From the NCBI RefSeq assembly GCF_006345805.1, contig NC_043018.1, positions 2,170,001 through 2,234,000 of the forward strand: 64,000 nt of DNA, in the 5' to 3' direction. Made by a program: the position numbers and the translations under genes. The stretch is from Octopus sinensis (lineage: Eukaryota). The notes below the pieces were generated by a model. The model ran no database searches, had not been told where the DNA came from, and was given only the letters and a program-made list of their open reading frames with translations. Below, piece after piece: positions 50,542 to 64,000 of the stretch; within the stretch, counting starts at the first letter, position 1, and each line of letters opens with the position of its first letter.

Positions 50542-50966
50542 ACAGACACACACACACACACACAGACACAGACACACACATGTCTTGTGGAATATAATGG
50601 TATATATTGTCAGGAGGGCATTTGGAATCGCCAACTTTCATTTATGTTTGTATCTGTAGAGGATTACGTACACACGAACAGACACACACACACTCAAACA
50701 CAAACATAGACACGCAGAAAGAAAAAAAAAACAGCAGTTTATAAATATATCGAGTGATTGCTGTTTGTAAAGAATATAAATGCAAATCTCTTGTAAAATG
50801 TAAAACAAGCAATTTTTATTTTATTTTTTTACAAGTATTAAACTTCACGTATTGTAAAATTTATCATTTCTGTTTCGAGTGAAATACTTTCGTCGTGAAT
50901 TTTTTTGGAAAGAAAACATTTCTTATGAGAGGAGAGAGAGAGAGAGAGAGAAATATAGAGATATCA

Positions 50967-51016
<50 letters not shown>

Positions 51017-51163
51017 GGAAGAGACTCACGAAAAGGAAGACTACGAGCAGAGAGAGAAAATTAGAGGGAAAAAGCGTTGAGACACAGAGCGCGAAAGGGA
51101 TAGATAGATACATAGATAGATTGATAGATAGATAGATAGATAGATAGGGAGAGAGAGAGAGAG

Positions 51164-51216
<53 letters not shown>

Positions 51217-51559
51217 AATCGATAGATAGATGGTAAGAGTTTGTAAGAGAGAGAGAGCAAAAAGGTTTTAGAACATATATTTTCCATTTTGATTCGTTCA
51301 TGATCTGCTGCGGATTTTTCTTTCTGATAATAAATCTATCGAAGAGGGCGGCGCCAGTGGAAGCGGGGGGAGGGGAGCGGCTGTTGTAGAATTGCTGGTA
51401 GAGATGTAGCCGATCTTGTTAATATCAATGGCGGCCTTGGTGGTGGATGCTTCACCATTAAATACGGTTTTGATGGCTTCATGTTCACAGAATTCAATTT
51501 GCATATAATGTATCTTAGACAAAAATCTCTCATTTCTTCTTCTTTTTGAAACGAATTAT

Positions 51560-51600
51560 CATTATTATCATTACTATTATTATTATCATTATTATTATTA

Positions 51601-51653
<53 letters not shown>

Positions 51654-51657
51654 ATTA

Positions 51658-51720
<63 letters not shown>

Positions 51721-51765
51721 TATTATTATTATTATTATTAGTAGTAGTAGTAGTAGTAGTAGTAT
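51560..51765. repeat. (ATT)n/(AGT)n microsatellite
   Basis: Direct reading. Confidence 0.95.
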
Positions 51766-52079
51766 TTTCATTTTATTCGCAGCAGATTAATATCAGCGCG
51801 TTTAGTCGGCAAGCAGCAAGATACCACATAGATGCGATCGTTCTATAGAAATTTTTACATATCTGCTATCATGGTAACATATATTACCAAGACGAGTGAG
51901 TGTTTGGTCGTGTTTGGATGTAAGGATACGTATATGTATAAAACACGAACATATATATATATATATACGTACACACACATACATATATATATATATATAC
52001 ATATATACGTAGATACATGTACATATATATATAATTATATATATATATATATATTATATGCATACATACGTACCACACC

Positions 52080-52112
<33 letters not shown>

Positions 52113-52633
52113 CACACCACATATACTATATATATATATACATAAAACACACACACACACACAACACACACACACACATACACCACATATACATAGATAT
52201 ATATATAATTATATAGATATATCTATATATATATATATATATGTATATATATACACATATTGCATATATATATATACATGCATATGTAACGCTGACGTTA
52301 ATCTCTATTATTACTCGGTGTTCGCGTATCACTGATTACATAAAAGTTACACGTTCTGCGACAGTCGCGCAGATTCTGAAGACTAAAACAATGTAATCTC
52401 TGAAGTAGAACAAAAGAAATGCTGTGTGTACTTCTGTTCTTTTGCTTAAGAGAAATCCCTTCTTCTTGACTAAGAAGGAACGTTGAAGCACACATACACA
52501 TTTACCTAACGACATATATTCCAACTTATATATTATTATATTATATTATATATATTATATATATATATATTATATATATATATATATATATTTAGATAGA
52601 TAGATATATGTATATGTGTATAATACATGCGTA

Positions 52634-52669
<36 letters not shown>

Positions 52670-52670
52670 G

Positions 52671-53023
52671 AAGCACTCCGTCGGTTACGACGACGAGAGT
52701 TCCGGTTGATCCGAATGAACGGAAAGCCTGCTCGAGAAATTAACGTGTAAGTGACTGAGCAATCCACAGACACGTGTACCCTTAACGGAGTTCTCGGGGA
52801 TATTCAGCGTGACACAAGAGTGACAAGGCCGGCCCTTTCAAATACAGGTACAACAGAACAGGAAGTAGAGTGAGAGAAAGTTGTGGTGAAAGAGTACAGC
52901 AGGGATCACCACCATCCCCTGCCGGAGCTCGTGGAGCGTAGGTGTTTTCGCTCAATAAACACTCACAACGCCCGGTCTGGGAATGGAAACCGCGATCCTA
53001 TGACCGCAAGTCCGCTGCCCTAA

Positions 53024-53026
<3 letters not shown>
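52671..53026 (-). mobile_element. tRNA-derived SINE (family D head, tail type 2)
   Basis: Minus strand reads TGGTTAGGGCAGCGGACTTGCGGTC, TTCCCAGACCGGGCGTTGTGAGTG, AAAGGGCCGGCCTTGTCAC and TCGTCGTAACCGACGGAGTGC. Confidence 0.9.
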
Positions 53027-53083
<57 letters not shown>

Positions 53084-53712
53084 ATGTATATATATATATA
53101 TAAAACTTACTTGGAAGAAGAAGACAACGGCGCGTGCGTTCGATCATATAATAACAATTTAATAAATAAAACATATACATATATGTACATACCTACATCT
53201 ATATGTATATATATGCATATCTATATGTATACATGCATATATGGGTACATGACACCACAAATAAATGTAGAACACAACGAGAAACGAAAACATAAAACAA
53301 GACATGGAAACGCACTTTTTTTAACAACGAAAAAACAAGATAAACAACAGAGGGAACATTCCCCTTCTTCAGCTGCCCCTGTTTCGACTCATTGCGTGTT
53401 TCGAAGATATATATATATATAGTAAATGCTAGATTAAGCTAGATGCATTATTGCTCTCAACGATCATTTTGATGCATCCTCCTTCGATCCTTCGCGGGTT
53501 GTGTAGTAAGCAACTGGATATGGTGCGTCCCTCGCTGTCGACGTATTTCCTTAGGTGATGTTGTAAGGTCTATCCCTTTAAAAAAAAATACTGTTTCGCT
53601 CGGTTTTAATACAGCATGTTTCAGTAACAGTAGGTGTAAGCCTATTACGTTTGGCAGTGTGAGCATGCTGTGAATGACAGCATGCTCATTTTAAGACTCA
53701 TACAAATTCACA

Positions 53713-53768
<56 letters not shown>

Positions 53769-53769
53769 C

Positions 53770-53820
<51 letters not shown>

Positions 53821-54250
53821 ATCGATTCGTTGTGAAAACGTGTGTCAAAATAGATACTGTTGTGTTTCTGGATGGTCATTTTATTAATTTATTATAAATC
53901 TTTTTGCCAAATTAACACACGCACGATATTTCATTTCTCCACTCAGTTATTACTGCTATTTTATTATTTTAATATCTGTCCATTGCCCAGAAATCTTTCG
54001 TCGCACATCTGTGACCTCTTCAGAGACATTTTTCCCTTTCTCCATTCTGGACTAAGTGGAGCAAGAACACACACGTAAACGAAATCTGTAGCTGAAGAAA
54101 TCACAGATGTATGACCAAAATTTCCAGGCAAGGAACAGTGATTATAATAAAATAACAATAATTAACGAGTGAAGAAAAAAATATAGTGCGCGTGTTTATT
54201 TGGCAAAATTAAATAAATAGAAAATAATGTATGTGTGTGTGTGTGTGTGT

Positions 54251-54545
54251 GGAGGCGCAATGGCCTAGTGGTTAGGGCAGCGGACTCGCGGTCGTAGGAT
54301 CGCGGTTTCGATTCCCAGACCGGGCGTTGTGAGTGTTTATTGAGCGAAAACACCAAAAAAGCTCCACGAGGCTTCGGCAGGGGGTGGTGAACCCTACTGT
54401 ACTCTTTCACCACACTTTCTCCCACTCTTTCTTCTGTTGGCCTGCTCGCTTAGCCAGCAGGGTGGCATCATTCGAAGGTTAAAACAATGCGAAAGCATTG
54501 TGACCAGCGATGTGTAACAACATCTGATGGTCTGGTCGGTCACGT
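54251..54545 (+). mobile_element. tRNA-derived SINE (family D head, tail type 3)
   Basis: TGGCCTAGTGG (A box) and GGTTTCGATTCC (B box). Body shared with 52671. Tail GCCAGCAGGGTGGCATCATTCGAAGG..GGTCACGTGAT differs. Confidence 0.9.
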
Positions 54546-54551
54546 GATATT

Positions 54552-54588
<37 letters not shown>

Positions 54589-54596
54589 GTTTGTGT

Positions 54597-54632
<36 letters not shown>

Positions 54633-55367
54633 TTTGATTTCACTATAGCTGGAAGTCACGTTGGATATTGTAAACAATACGCTGGTCTTCCAAAAGCATT
54701 GTATACATTTTCTGTTTTAAAAATTTATTTGACATAATGACCCTTATCTGCATGCATCTATCACTAAAATATATTTCCCTGAAAGCTAGTGGATGAAATA
54801 TTTCATACTACGGCCAATCTGAATACAGACTTTATAGCCATATAACATGTCTCAGTTCATCTATTAGTTTTTCAGTCACCACCAATCGTCCACTACCAAA
54901 AGTATAAACTGTCTAAACCATTATACTCCAGTTCGCATCAAACTGTGGCAACACGTTGAATAAAACTGCATGGACACGTTTTACCTTTAATTAAATCCAG
55001 GTGTAGATGAACAAACAGGATACAAATGAAAAGGATATGGCAGGATATCCATGCTGAAGAAAAATATGTCGCGTTGCGCTTTCAATTAGATATCCTGTAT
55101 AATTAAATGCCTCTAATAATAAAATCTGTGCAGATGGTCAATTTCCTTTATTTATTTGATCTCTCTTGTAGATGCGATCACTATGTTTATAATCCAAACG
55201 AACGAGGTCAGGAGACCAATCGGGTGACGAACATTGGAATTCTTTAAACTTAAATAGTTCCAGCTATTCCACACAATTCCATGCATAATTCGATGGATTA
55301 TACTAGAGTATAATGGTACCTGTTTGGTTCTAATATCTCTATCTATTCCTCGTTTATCTGTGTATAC

Positions 55368-55398
<31 letters not shown>

Positions 55399-55419
55399 TA
55401 TATATGTGTGAGTGTGTGT

Positions 55420-55655
55420 GTATAAAATATGAACTATATATAAAACCACTATTAGGCAACTCAAACAGTTATAGACATAAACCAATACATAAATAACAAA
55501 TAATATAATTAATATAATATATAATATATATTATATTATATTATCATATATTACATGAATTATATTTATATTATTTGTTATTTATGTATTGGTTTATGTC
55601 TATCACTGTTTGAGTTGCCTATAGTGGTTTATCTCTAATTCATATTTTAGATATT
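55420..55655. repeat. Long inverted repeat around an AT-rich spacer
   Basis: AAACCACTATTAGGCAACTCAAACAGTTATAGACATAAACCAATACATAAATAACAAATAATATAA (about 55443-55508) is mirrored at about 55566-55630 with one indel and one mismatch. Weaker similarity extends outward. Confidence 0.95.
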
Positions 55656-55731
55656 ATACTAGGAAATTTGATTTAATACTAAATCGAATTTTCCCTGTAA
55701 GTTTGGAGCTATACTCACCAATATTATTAAT

Positions 55732-55770
<39 letters not shown>

Positions 55771-55956
55771 AAAAAAAATTCAAGATAGAAAATGCTAAAA
55801 ACAATTTTATAAAAAACATTTCAGTACCGGTTCCAGCCATTGAGAATTTTCATCTTTAAGTATGGAACACATTAAATTTAGAAAAATTAAATAAGTTTTT
55901 TTAAAAGAATATTTGTATAGTGTTCAAATACAAGTGGCATTTTCCTTGTCTCTGTA

Positions 55957-56006
<50 letters not shown>

Positions 56007-56863
56007 CGAAAGTAATATAATATGTGCACGTGTACGAAACGACTGACATCATATCAAGTTCAGACTCATGGAAAAATGGAAAAAGTAACTATATCTTCAT
56101 CTCTTCTACCTATTGACTCTAAGCATTGCTTATTTCACGCTTAAATTACGACTTTTACTCAACCTCGTTGTAATCATTCTATTTATTTTACAGTAATTGA
56201 ATTATAGATATTTCTTCCTGTAACATGTAGGAAATAGATAAACGGCGCCAATCTTATCTGCCCGCATATTCTATAATCATAACCGTGCTACACAATACAA
56301 TACATAATACATCATCTCTTTATGATTGAGTACGCAGATTACTTCGAAGAATTCACAAAGTCAGCTTCAAATTTGGCGCCGGTCTCTCTGATAATGAAAT
56401 CTCGCTACCAGTCACTGATTCGATTTGGAATTCCTAGATTTCGGGGCACTGGAAGATAAATACGCCGTTAACATTTTCTACTATGCTTTTCTTATTTATT
56501 CTAATCAATTATAATTTGACATTTATCTCCCCCCTTCCTTGACGATTCTAGTTTGGTTACAACTCTTCCTTTGACAGCCTAAATGAGGTATTTCTAAGTT
56601 CTGATTGGCTGATAGTACTCCCGTCCATATCCATATTGCAATTCCTGCTCTAAGTGTTCATATTTTGTTAAACTTCTTAGTCTAACAACATATCAAATGT
56701 TGACCGTATTTGGTTGCCCGATGATCAGGAAATGTATTGTATTGTAAAGTATTACGTAACCTTATAATCATTGCACATTCAGGTAACTAATGTGCGATCA
56801 TGCTTCACAATATCCCTAAATGAATCATTATACGGGCACATTCGCTTTTTATTGCATGTGTGA

Positions 56864-56910
<47 letters not shown>

Positions 56911-57010
56911 NNNNNNNNNNNNNNNNNNNNNNNNNNNNNNNNNNNNNNNNNNNNNNNNNNNNNNNNNNNNNNNNNNNNNNNNNNNNNNNNNNNNNNNNNN
57001 NNNNNNNNNN
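56911..57010. other. Assembly gap (100 N)
   Basis: Run of exactly 100 N next to a TA/TG microsatellite. Confidence 1.
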
Positions 57011-57465
57011 GAAAACCCTGTTTAATTTTTCGTGTGGGTGTGTAGGCACAAATAATAATTTATGTTGAAGTTACAAGAGCTGCGTGTTTTGCATCAGTTT
57101 GAGCACAAATGTTCTCTTTTTCATGGATCTTTCATTTTACAATGACATCCGAGGAGGAAGTGGTGCGCGTGCGTACACACACACGCACATAGAAACACAC
57201 GTAGAGGCACACACATGCACACACTCACGAACACCCTATAATGTCTGTGTGCGTGTGTGTATGCGCGCGCGTGTGTGTATGCGTGTGTGTATGCGTGTGT
57301 GTGTATGCGTGTGTGTTTGTGTATGTGTATTTAAGCCCAGGCGTGGCTTTGTGGCAATAAGTTTCCTTTGTGGACTTGGTTGACAGATTCTGAAAGAAGC
57401 TCGTCGTGTTGCGCATATATATATATATATATATAATATATATATTATAGATATATATATATATG

Positions 57466-57517
<52 letters not shown>

Positions 57518-58102
57518 CGCAAGATAGATCTCGATCGGTTTTCAACGAACTTCTAGTATCCAGCACCAGTGTCCACTTCTGCTTATTGTTTGACTTGTAT
57601 TTTCATACCCTGATCTACACAAGAGGTTTCGAAAATCGGTTGTCAGAAACCAACATCGCCTTAGAACTCCATCGGTGTCAGCTTAACAGATTCCTTTTTG
57701 TCTAACATGTCTGATGTATTGAGAATCTGTTTTTGTAGGGCAATCTTTCCGTGGCATATTGAAAAATTTAAGAACCATGCTCATGTATGTACCACACTTC
57801 CTACTTAATTGCATTTCTCACCACCTTTATTATGTTTGAAAAAAGCCATTAAATAGCTCAGATTCTAATACAGCATACATGATTTTCGACAGAAAGCTTA
57901 GATTTCCATATTGGGTTGAGACATTTTAAGATTTTAATCTATATACTAAGCTGAAGCTTACGTGATACGAGATTGAAATCTGATTTTGCAGATAAGCCGT
58001 ATGTTGCGACCAAGATATGTGAAACGTAACTTGTTTTTTTTCCCTTTCATAATTCCCTACAAAGCAAGATTGCATCTCCAAAGTTGTATCCCAACCCTAA
58101 GC

Positions 58103-58133
<31 letters not shown>

Positions 58134-58419
58134 TGCTCGTGTACCTGTGTGTGCATGCACTTGTTTGTGCGTGCATGTAGATACTTGTGTATACATAGAC
58201 GTACTGCAATATATAGGGGTGTGCGTATATAGATATTTACTGTTTTATTTTTCTTCATAGTTATTTATAAACACCCGACTGTGGAACTATGGGTAAACAT
58301 TACGAAGAAACTCATAAATTACTCTTAGTTTTATGATGCGAAATATATATTAATTCTGCAATATTTTTGCGTTCGTTTTGACATAACTTGTAACCGCTGT
58401 GTACGATACACTAACACAT

Positions 58420-58680
58420 ACATACATACATACATACATACTTACATACATACATACTTACATACATACATACATACATACATACTTACATACATGCATA
58501 CATACACACATACATACATACATACATACATACATACATACATACATACATACATACATACATACATACATACATACATACATACATACTCTCACACATA
58601 CATACATACATACATACATGCATACATACATACATACATACATATATACATACATATATGCATACATATATACATAAATA
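58420..58680. repeat. (CATA)n microsatellite
   Basis: Direct reading. Confidence 0.95.
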
Positions 58681-59301
58681 CAACCACACATACACACATT
58701 CATACATACACACACACACAAACATACATATGTCACGCAATGTTGTAGATGTCAGTTGACCAGCGAATGTAAACCTACAATCAAAGGGAAAAAGAAATAT
58801 GGCGAATTAAGGTAAGCACCACAGTACCTCTACTCTTATAATACGCTCTCGTTTGTATCTCTCATCTTTGGTGCATTAAGTTCTGTAACTATAAATTTAT
58901 AGAAAAAGCTAAAAATATTATGTCTTTGGTAGTAAGTACAAAAGAAACTGAGGCGGCATCTCCAAACCAATTCTATTAGCGGCACAGGGAAGTATTGCAA
59001 GACATTCTTGAGGTTTTCAATCTGAGAATTTTTGACGAATTGATGCAAGCACTTGGACATGTGCGTCGAGGGTTACACCAACGTACAGATTCAACCAAAT
59101 ACTTACTCACAGAGGGAAATATCTTAAGTCGAAAAGTCACATCGTTTTGTCAGTGAGCGTCTTGAATTTTCTTTAGAAGAACTTAAATAAGATTGAAAAG
59201 AAAACACACACACACACACATAATCACACACATACACATTTTCATATACAAAAATATAAATTTATGTTTATAAATACCACGGCATAAAGGTATATATCTA
59301 C

Positions 59302-59381
<80 letters not shown>

Positions 59382-60020
59382 ATATATATATATCTATCTA
59401 TCTATATATCTATCTTTCTATCTATCTATCTATCTATTATATATATTATATATATATATATACATATATACAATATATATATATGTATATTACGTCTATA
59501 TAAATGTTTGCGTGTCCGAAAATATGTGTGTGTGTGAATAGTTATGGGTTTATGTATATATGTATATATATATGGTGTGTGTGTGTGTGTGTGTGTGTGT
59601 GTTTCCGTGTGTGTATTTCTGTGTGTGTGCGTCCGTGCGTGTGTATGTGTCGCTGCTGATTGTGTCGGTGTATGAAATGAATGTATGTGTCAACGGTAGT
59701 CAATATCATATCAATGAGAATTCGGTGCGGAATAGAATGAACGGAGGCGTCTTGGCACGAAATTACATCGTATAAAAATTGGTTGTTTGAAGATAAAGAA
59801 TTTGGTATTTTTAGAGGTCGGTAACTGGTTGGCATCTAATGAATTTACCGAAATCTTATAGTCACCAATAACAGAACCAACAGTATCATTTCTCTCCTTG
59901 AAAGCCACTCTGCGATTAATCTCCAATAAACTACAATATCGGTTTGTACATATGTGTGTATCTATGTATGTATTTATGTACTGATTGCATGAGTGTATAA
60001 ATTATATATATATGTATATA

Positions 60021-60053
<33 letters not shown>

Positions 60054-60183
60054 ATATTATATATATATATATACAGAGAGATAGATAGATAGATAGAGAG
60101 AGAGAGAGGGAGTGAGAGTGAGAGTGAAAAGTACGACCAATATATATACATACACCACTAACATGTATCATTGTATTGTTTGT

Positions 60184-60296
<113 letters not shown>

Positions 60297-60438
60297 TAAG
60301 CAATAAAGGGTTTAGCAACGAATTGCCTTACCACAGACCGAATTTAGAAATAGCAGTCAAAGAGTTATAGCTATTTCTTCTACTAAAAAGGGAGATCTCA
60401 GTAAAAACACAGCAATTGGAAGGCAGACACAAACAGTA

Positions 60439-60496
<58 letters not shown>

Positions 60497-60924
60497 ACGT
60501 ACGCACACACACAAACGTATATATACTGATAGGTAGATGCATATTAAGGATGCACATACACACACATATATATATATGCATAACCTATATATAACACATA
60601 CTATAGATATGCATGTGTATATTTATTATGAATTCATATTTATACATACGTGTATGTACATGTACATACATGCATACATACATACATACATACGTACAGA
60701 CATACATACACACACACACACACATGTATTCATACACATTCACATATATAGCCAGGTGTACGTGTTTGAAAGTGTAGTTGTACACATGCATGTATGTGTA
60801 TGTATACCTATATGCGTATTAGTATTACGTTGTATGAAAGGTGCAGGGATTATCGTCTGCCGTATTCTATCACCGAAGTAACTAATATTCTGCGGATAAG
60901 AGATAGTCGACTATTATTGTTTGT

Positions 60925-60926
60925 TG

Positions 60927-60999
<73 letters not shown>

Positions 61000-61020
61000 T
61001 ACTATTATTACTATTATTAC

Positions 61021-61060
<40 letters not shown>

Positions 61061-61270
61061 GTTATTATTATTACTATTATTATTATTATTATTACTATTA
61101 TTACTATTATTACTATTATTATTATTATATTATTATTATATTATTATTATTTTATTATTATTACTATTATTCCTATTATTATTATTATTATTATTATTAT
61201 TATCATTATTATTATTAGTATTATGTTTCATTTTTATTTGTTGTTTATATGTTGTTGTTGTTGTTGTTGT
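60925..61270. repeat. (ATT)n/(ACT)n/(GTT)n microsatellite
   Basis: Direct reading. Confidence 0.95.
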
Positions 61271-63011
61271 TTTTATTATTCAGTTTCTTATTGAAATTGA
61301 TCAAAGAGACTGGAAAAAGTTCTCGTAGTGTAGGAAATTGTAAATGCGATAAGCGAATTTAGTGACCATATAGACAAGTTATGTTAAGGTAGATTAAAGA
61401 GAATTCTTTGTTGATATGTTGTAAGGTGTTGAGCAGCAGTATCAATATAATTGGATTTCATCAGTGCGCAGACATTGTTATTAAGCAGTGCAGCGGAAAA
61501 AAAATAAAGAAAAAAATATGAATGTCTTCTTTTTCCCCTCTGTCTGGAAAAGATGGAAAAGATGGAAGCTAAAGAAAGATCAGAGAGAAGAAGAGAAAGA
61601 TAAAGCGAGGGATAGAGACTGTGTGTCAGTCAGGGAGAGTGGGGTAGAAAGGGTGAGAGAGTTAGGGGGGGAGTAAAGGTTTTTGAAATTACAAGTTTTC
61701 GTTGATGATATTTAGCTGCCGGTTAATACTGATTAAGCTAAATTATGAGGATATGTATTGCGGCCTCGAATATCTCGGATTCTGTTAAAGATTTTTTTTT
61801 TTTTGCTTTTAGTATTTTTTTCTGGAACGGTATTGTTCAAAATCTTCACCAAATTCTAAAGAGGATATAGGGTAAAATGAAGGAGAATTAACTGTTGTTT
61901 CTTTCAAAGGCCATGGCCAAACAGATAGCTCACATAAATCAAACTATACCGAAAGAGAATTCTTTCTAACAAGGATACTCCGAACTTGAAATATTTATAA
62001 AGATAAAGTTTCCTTATTTTATATAATATTTCTATTATATCTCCTGTTGTTGGCTATGTTTGGCTTCATGAGCAGGCGATCAGATGAGCAGATATAAGTC
62101 TACATATGACACAGAGTGGAACGTTTTGTTGTTTGATCTAAGTTATATCATTTAACGCGTTTATCTTCTTTTAAAATTGACAGGGTGTAGTGTACGGCCC
62201 TTCGGCACTTCTGCGTCCTCACTATATATAGAACTTAATGCACATATAAAATGGTTCTTTACACCACACACAGCTAGATCTGGAACTACCATTTATTTTT
62301 AATACGTCTAAGCAGGAGCAGACACAAAATATGCTAATCACTACGTCGAGAAGAAAACATTTTCTCTTTTATAACGACAATGCGTACAACACACTGGACT
62401 TGATGGCGCAGAGAACTCTGGGACATTGGTGTTTCGACAAAGTGCCAAGCAGTTTTTCTTTGTTTGTAATTACAGCGAAAACTAATGTTGGTTGGTCGGT
62501 GCGGATATCTGTCAATCGATAAAGGAATAAATAAAATTCATTGTTTGCACCGTTTACAGCAAGATCTGAAACGAATTTTTGCATATTTATTTATAATACG
62601 TCTAGGCAGGTAGATAATTTATATTCATACCTCTGATTTAATATTTGTTGCACGTAAGATTCATTTCACAACAAGGTAAGTAAAACCTAGCCGACCTACC
62701 ACCACCGTGCCTCTAAAACATGGAATATATCCAAAATATCTCTCTAATGTCCTGCAATATTATGACAATTATTTTCACCTGTAGAATAGATTGAAATTCA
62801 ATCAGATCTGAAAGTACGTTAACATTTTTCTGAGTATGAATATATGTAACCTTAGTTCAATATTGGTGTATATGTTAGGTTGAATTATTTTCGCTTCATT
62901 GTAGAGGATCTTTTCCCGAGACTGTTTGCATATAGAACGCTAATGTTTCTTCCAAGGTCATTAGTTTTCAGCGAGATATAGTGATACATAGGAAAATTAT
63001 GTGTAAATCAC

Positions 63012-63220
63012 GTCATCATCATCATCATCATCGTCATCATCACCACCACCACAACCACCACCACCACCACCACCATCACCACCACCACAACCACCACAAC
63101 CACCACCGCCACCACACCACCACCACCACCACAACCACCACCATCATCATCATCATCATCATCACAATCATCATCATCATCATCATCGTCATCAACACCA
63201 CCACCACCACCACCACCACC

Positions 63221-63282
<62 letters not shown>

Positions 63283-63422
63283 CATCACCACCACCACCAA
63301 CACCACCAACACCACTACCACCACCACCACAACCACCACCATCATCATCATCATCATCATTATCATCATCATCATCACAATCATCATCATCATCGTCGTC
63401 GTCGTCATCATCATCATCCTCA
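63012..63422. repeat. (CAT)n/(CAC)n mosaic microsatellite
   Basis: Direct reading. Confidence 0.95.
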
Positions 63423-63809
63423 TCAAGTTCCCTTTGTTGACGAAGCTAGTCGTTGGGGAGTCACTCTATACCTACGCTTTTCGTAGTCAGTCGTTGCCTC
63501 TGTTCCATGTCGTTGTAGCAGGATGACTGTGTTGTAACCTGCTCAGTCCTTGGTGTTGTCGAGCCAGGATTTTCTTTATCTGGCTCTCTTTCGTCTTCCC
63601 TCAACTGTGTCCTGAAGAACAAAGAGTTACGGCGGGTTACACGGCCGTTAGGCAAACTTTCGCACCTTTTGACTTGTTGCCGTTCGCTTCGTGCTCGGAG
63701 TACGGGATATGTAGCAGCAATCTGAATTCGTCGCCCATATACCGAAATTCTTGCTTTTTTATACCTTGTGTTCAAGGATATCTTCATTGATTCAAGATAC
63801 AAGCACAGT

Positions 63810-64000
63810 ATATTTCTGATGAAGCTCAGCGAAAGAACTATGTTGAGCTAGAGACGAAGTATAGGGTGAAGAGAAAGGGAATCAATGTTGCGATTCAGGG
63901 ATTAAAACAGAGGTCGAAAGCTAAAGCACATAAAGTAAAGAGATATGGACAAAGAATTGAGCAATACAAATTAAACAGACTTTTCAAACTAAATCCGAAA
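63810..64000 (+). pseudogene. R4/Dong-type retrotransposon pre-RT region, runs off the window
   Basis: YVELETKYRVKRKGINVAIQGLKQRSKAKAHKVKRYGQRIEQYKLNRLFKLNPK matches the LKQR..A...K..RY......Y..NRLF..N.K block that precedes RT in this clade. Confidence 0.75.

Noticed and set aside
55818-55858. Minus-strand GATGA...GGAACCGGTACTG
   Set aside because: Both core halves are mutated and helix II does not form.
59711-59926. 71-aa complex minus-strand ORF
   Set aside because: No recognisable domain or splice context, and the length is compatible with chance.
62660-62685. Perfect donor CAAG|GTAAGT (similar sites near 58820, 58932 and 59100)
   Set aside because: No consistent upstream acceptor with an open frame.
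63816-63834. CTGATGA-AGCTCAGC-GAAA hammerhead-like core
   Set aside because: Helix II is only 2 bp, there is no helix III or helix I partner, and it lies in the R4/Dong reading frame (ISDEAQRK).

Overview
AT-rich, microsatellite-saturated eukaryotic DNA. The SINE families resemble octopus SINEs as I recall them, so the organism call is inference, not a database match. I cannot support any host protein-coding gene, true tRNA or rRNA gene, or CRISPR array, and almost all listed ORFs are microsatellite artefacts. The window is a graveyard of mobile elements: about 20 tRNA-derived SINE copies from at least four families, a young CR1-clade LINE 3' end (24845-26076), a decayed Tx1-clade LINE (47432-49590), four R4/Dong-type LINE fragments (three next to (AAT)n arrays), Penelope-like element (PLE) RT fragments, a decayed mariner transposase and a complete non-autonomous Helitron (46012-46522). 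The most interesting signal is a set of minimal type I hammerhead ribozyme (HHR) folds with loop-less or near loop-less palindromic helix III, from at least three unrelated sequence families. One sits in a tRNA-headed, SINE-like element (40200-40480). One lies in an arm of a fold-back palindrome beside PLE RT (17570-17630). One family carries a non-canonical CUGUNGA core in both copies (308-343, 32945-32980). PLE-type modules repeatedly occur as divergent inverted pairs. There is a 100-N assembly gap at 56911-57010.
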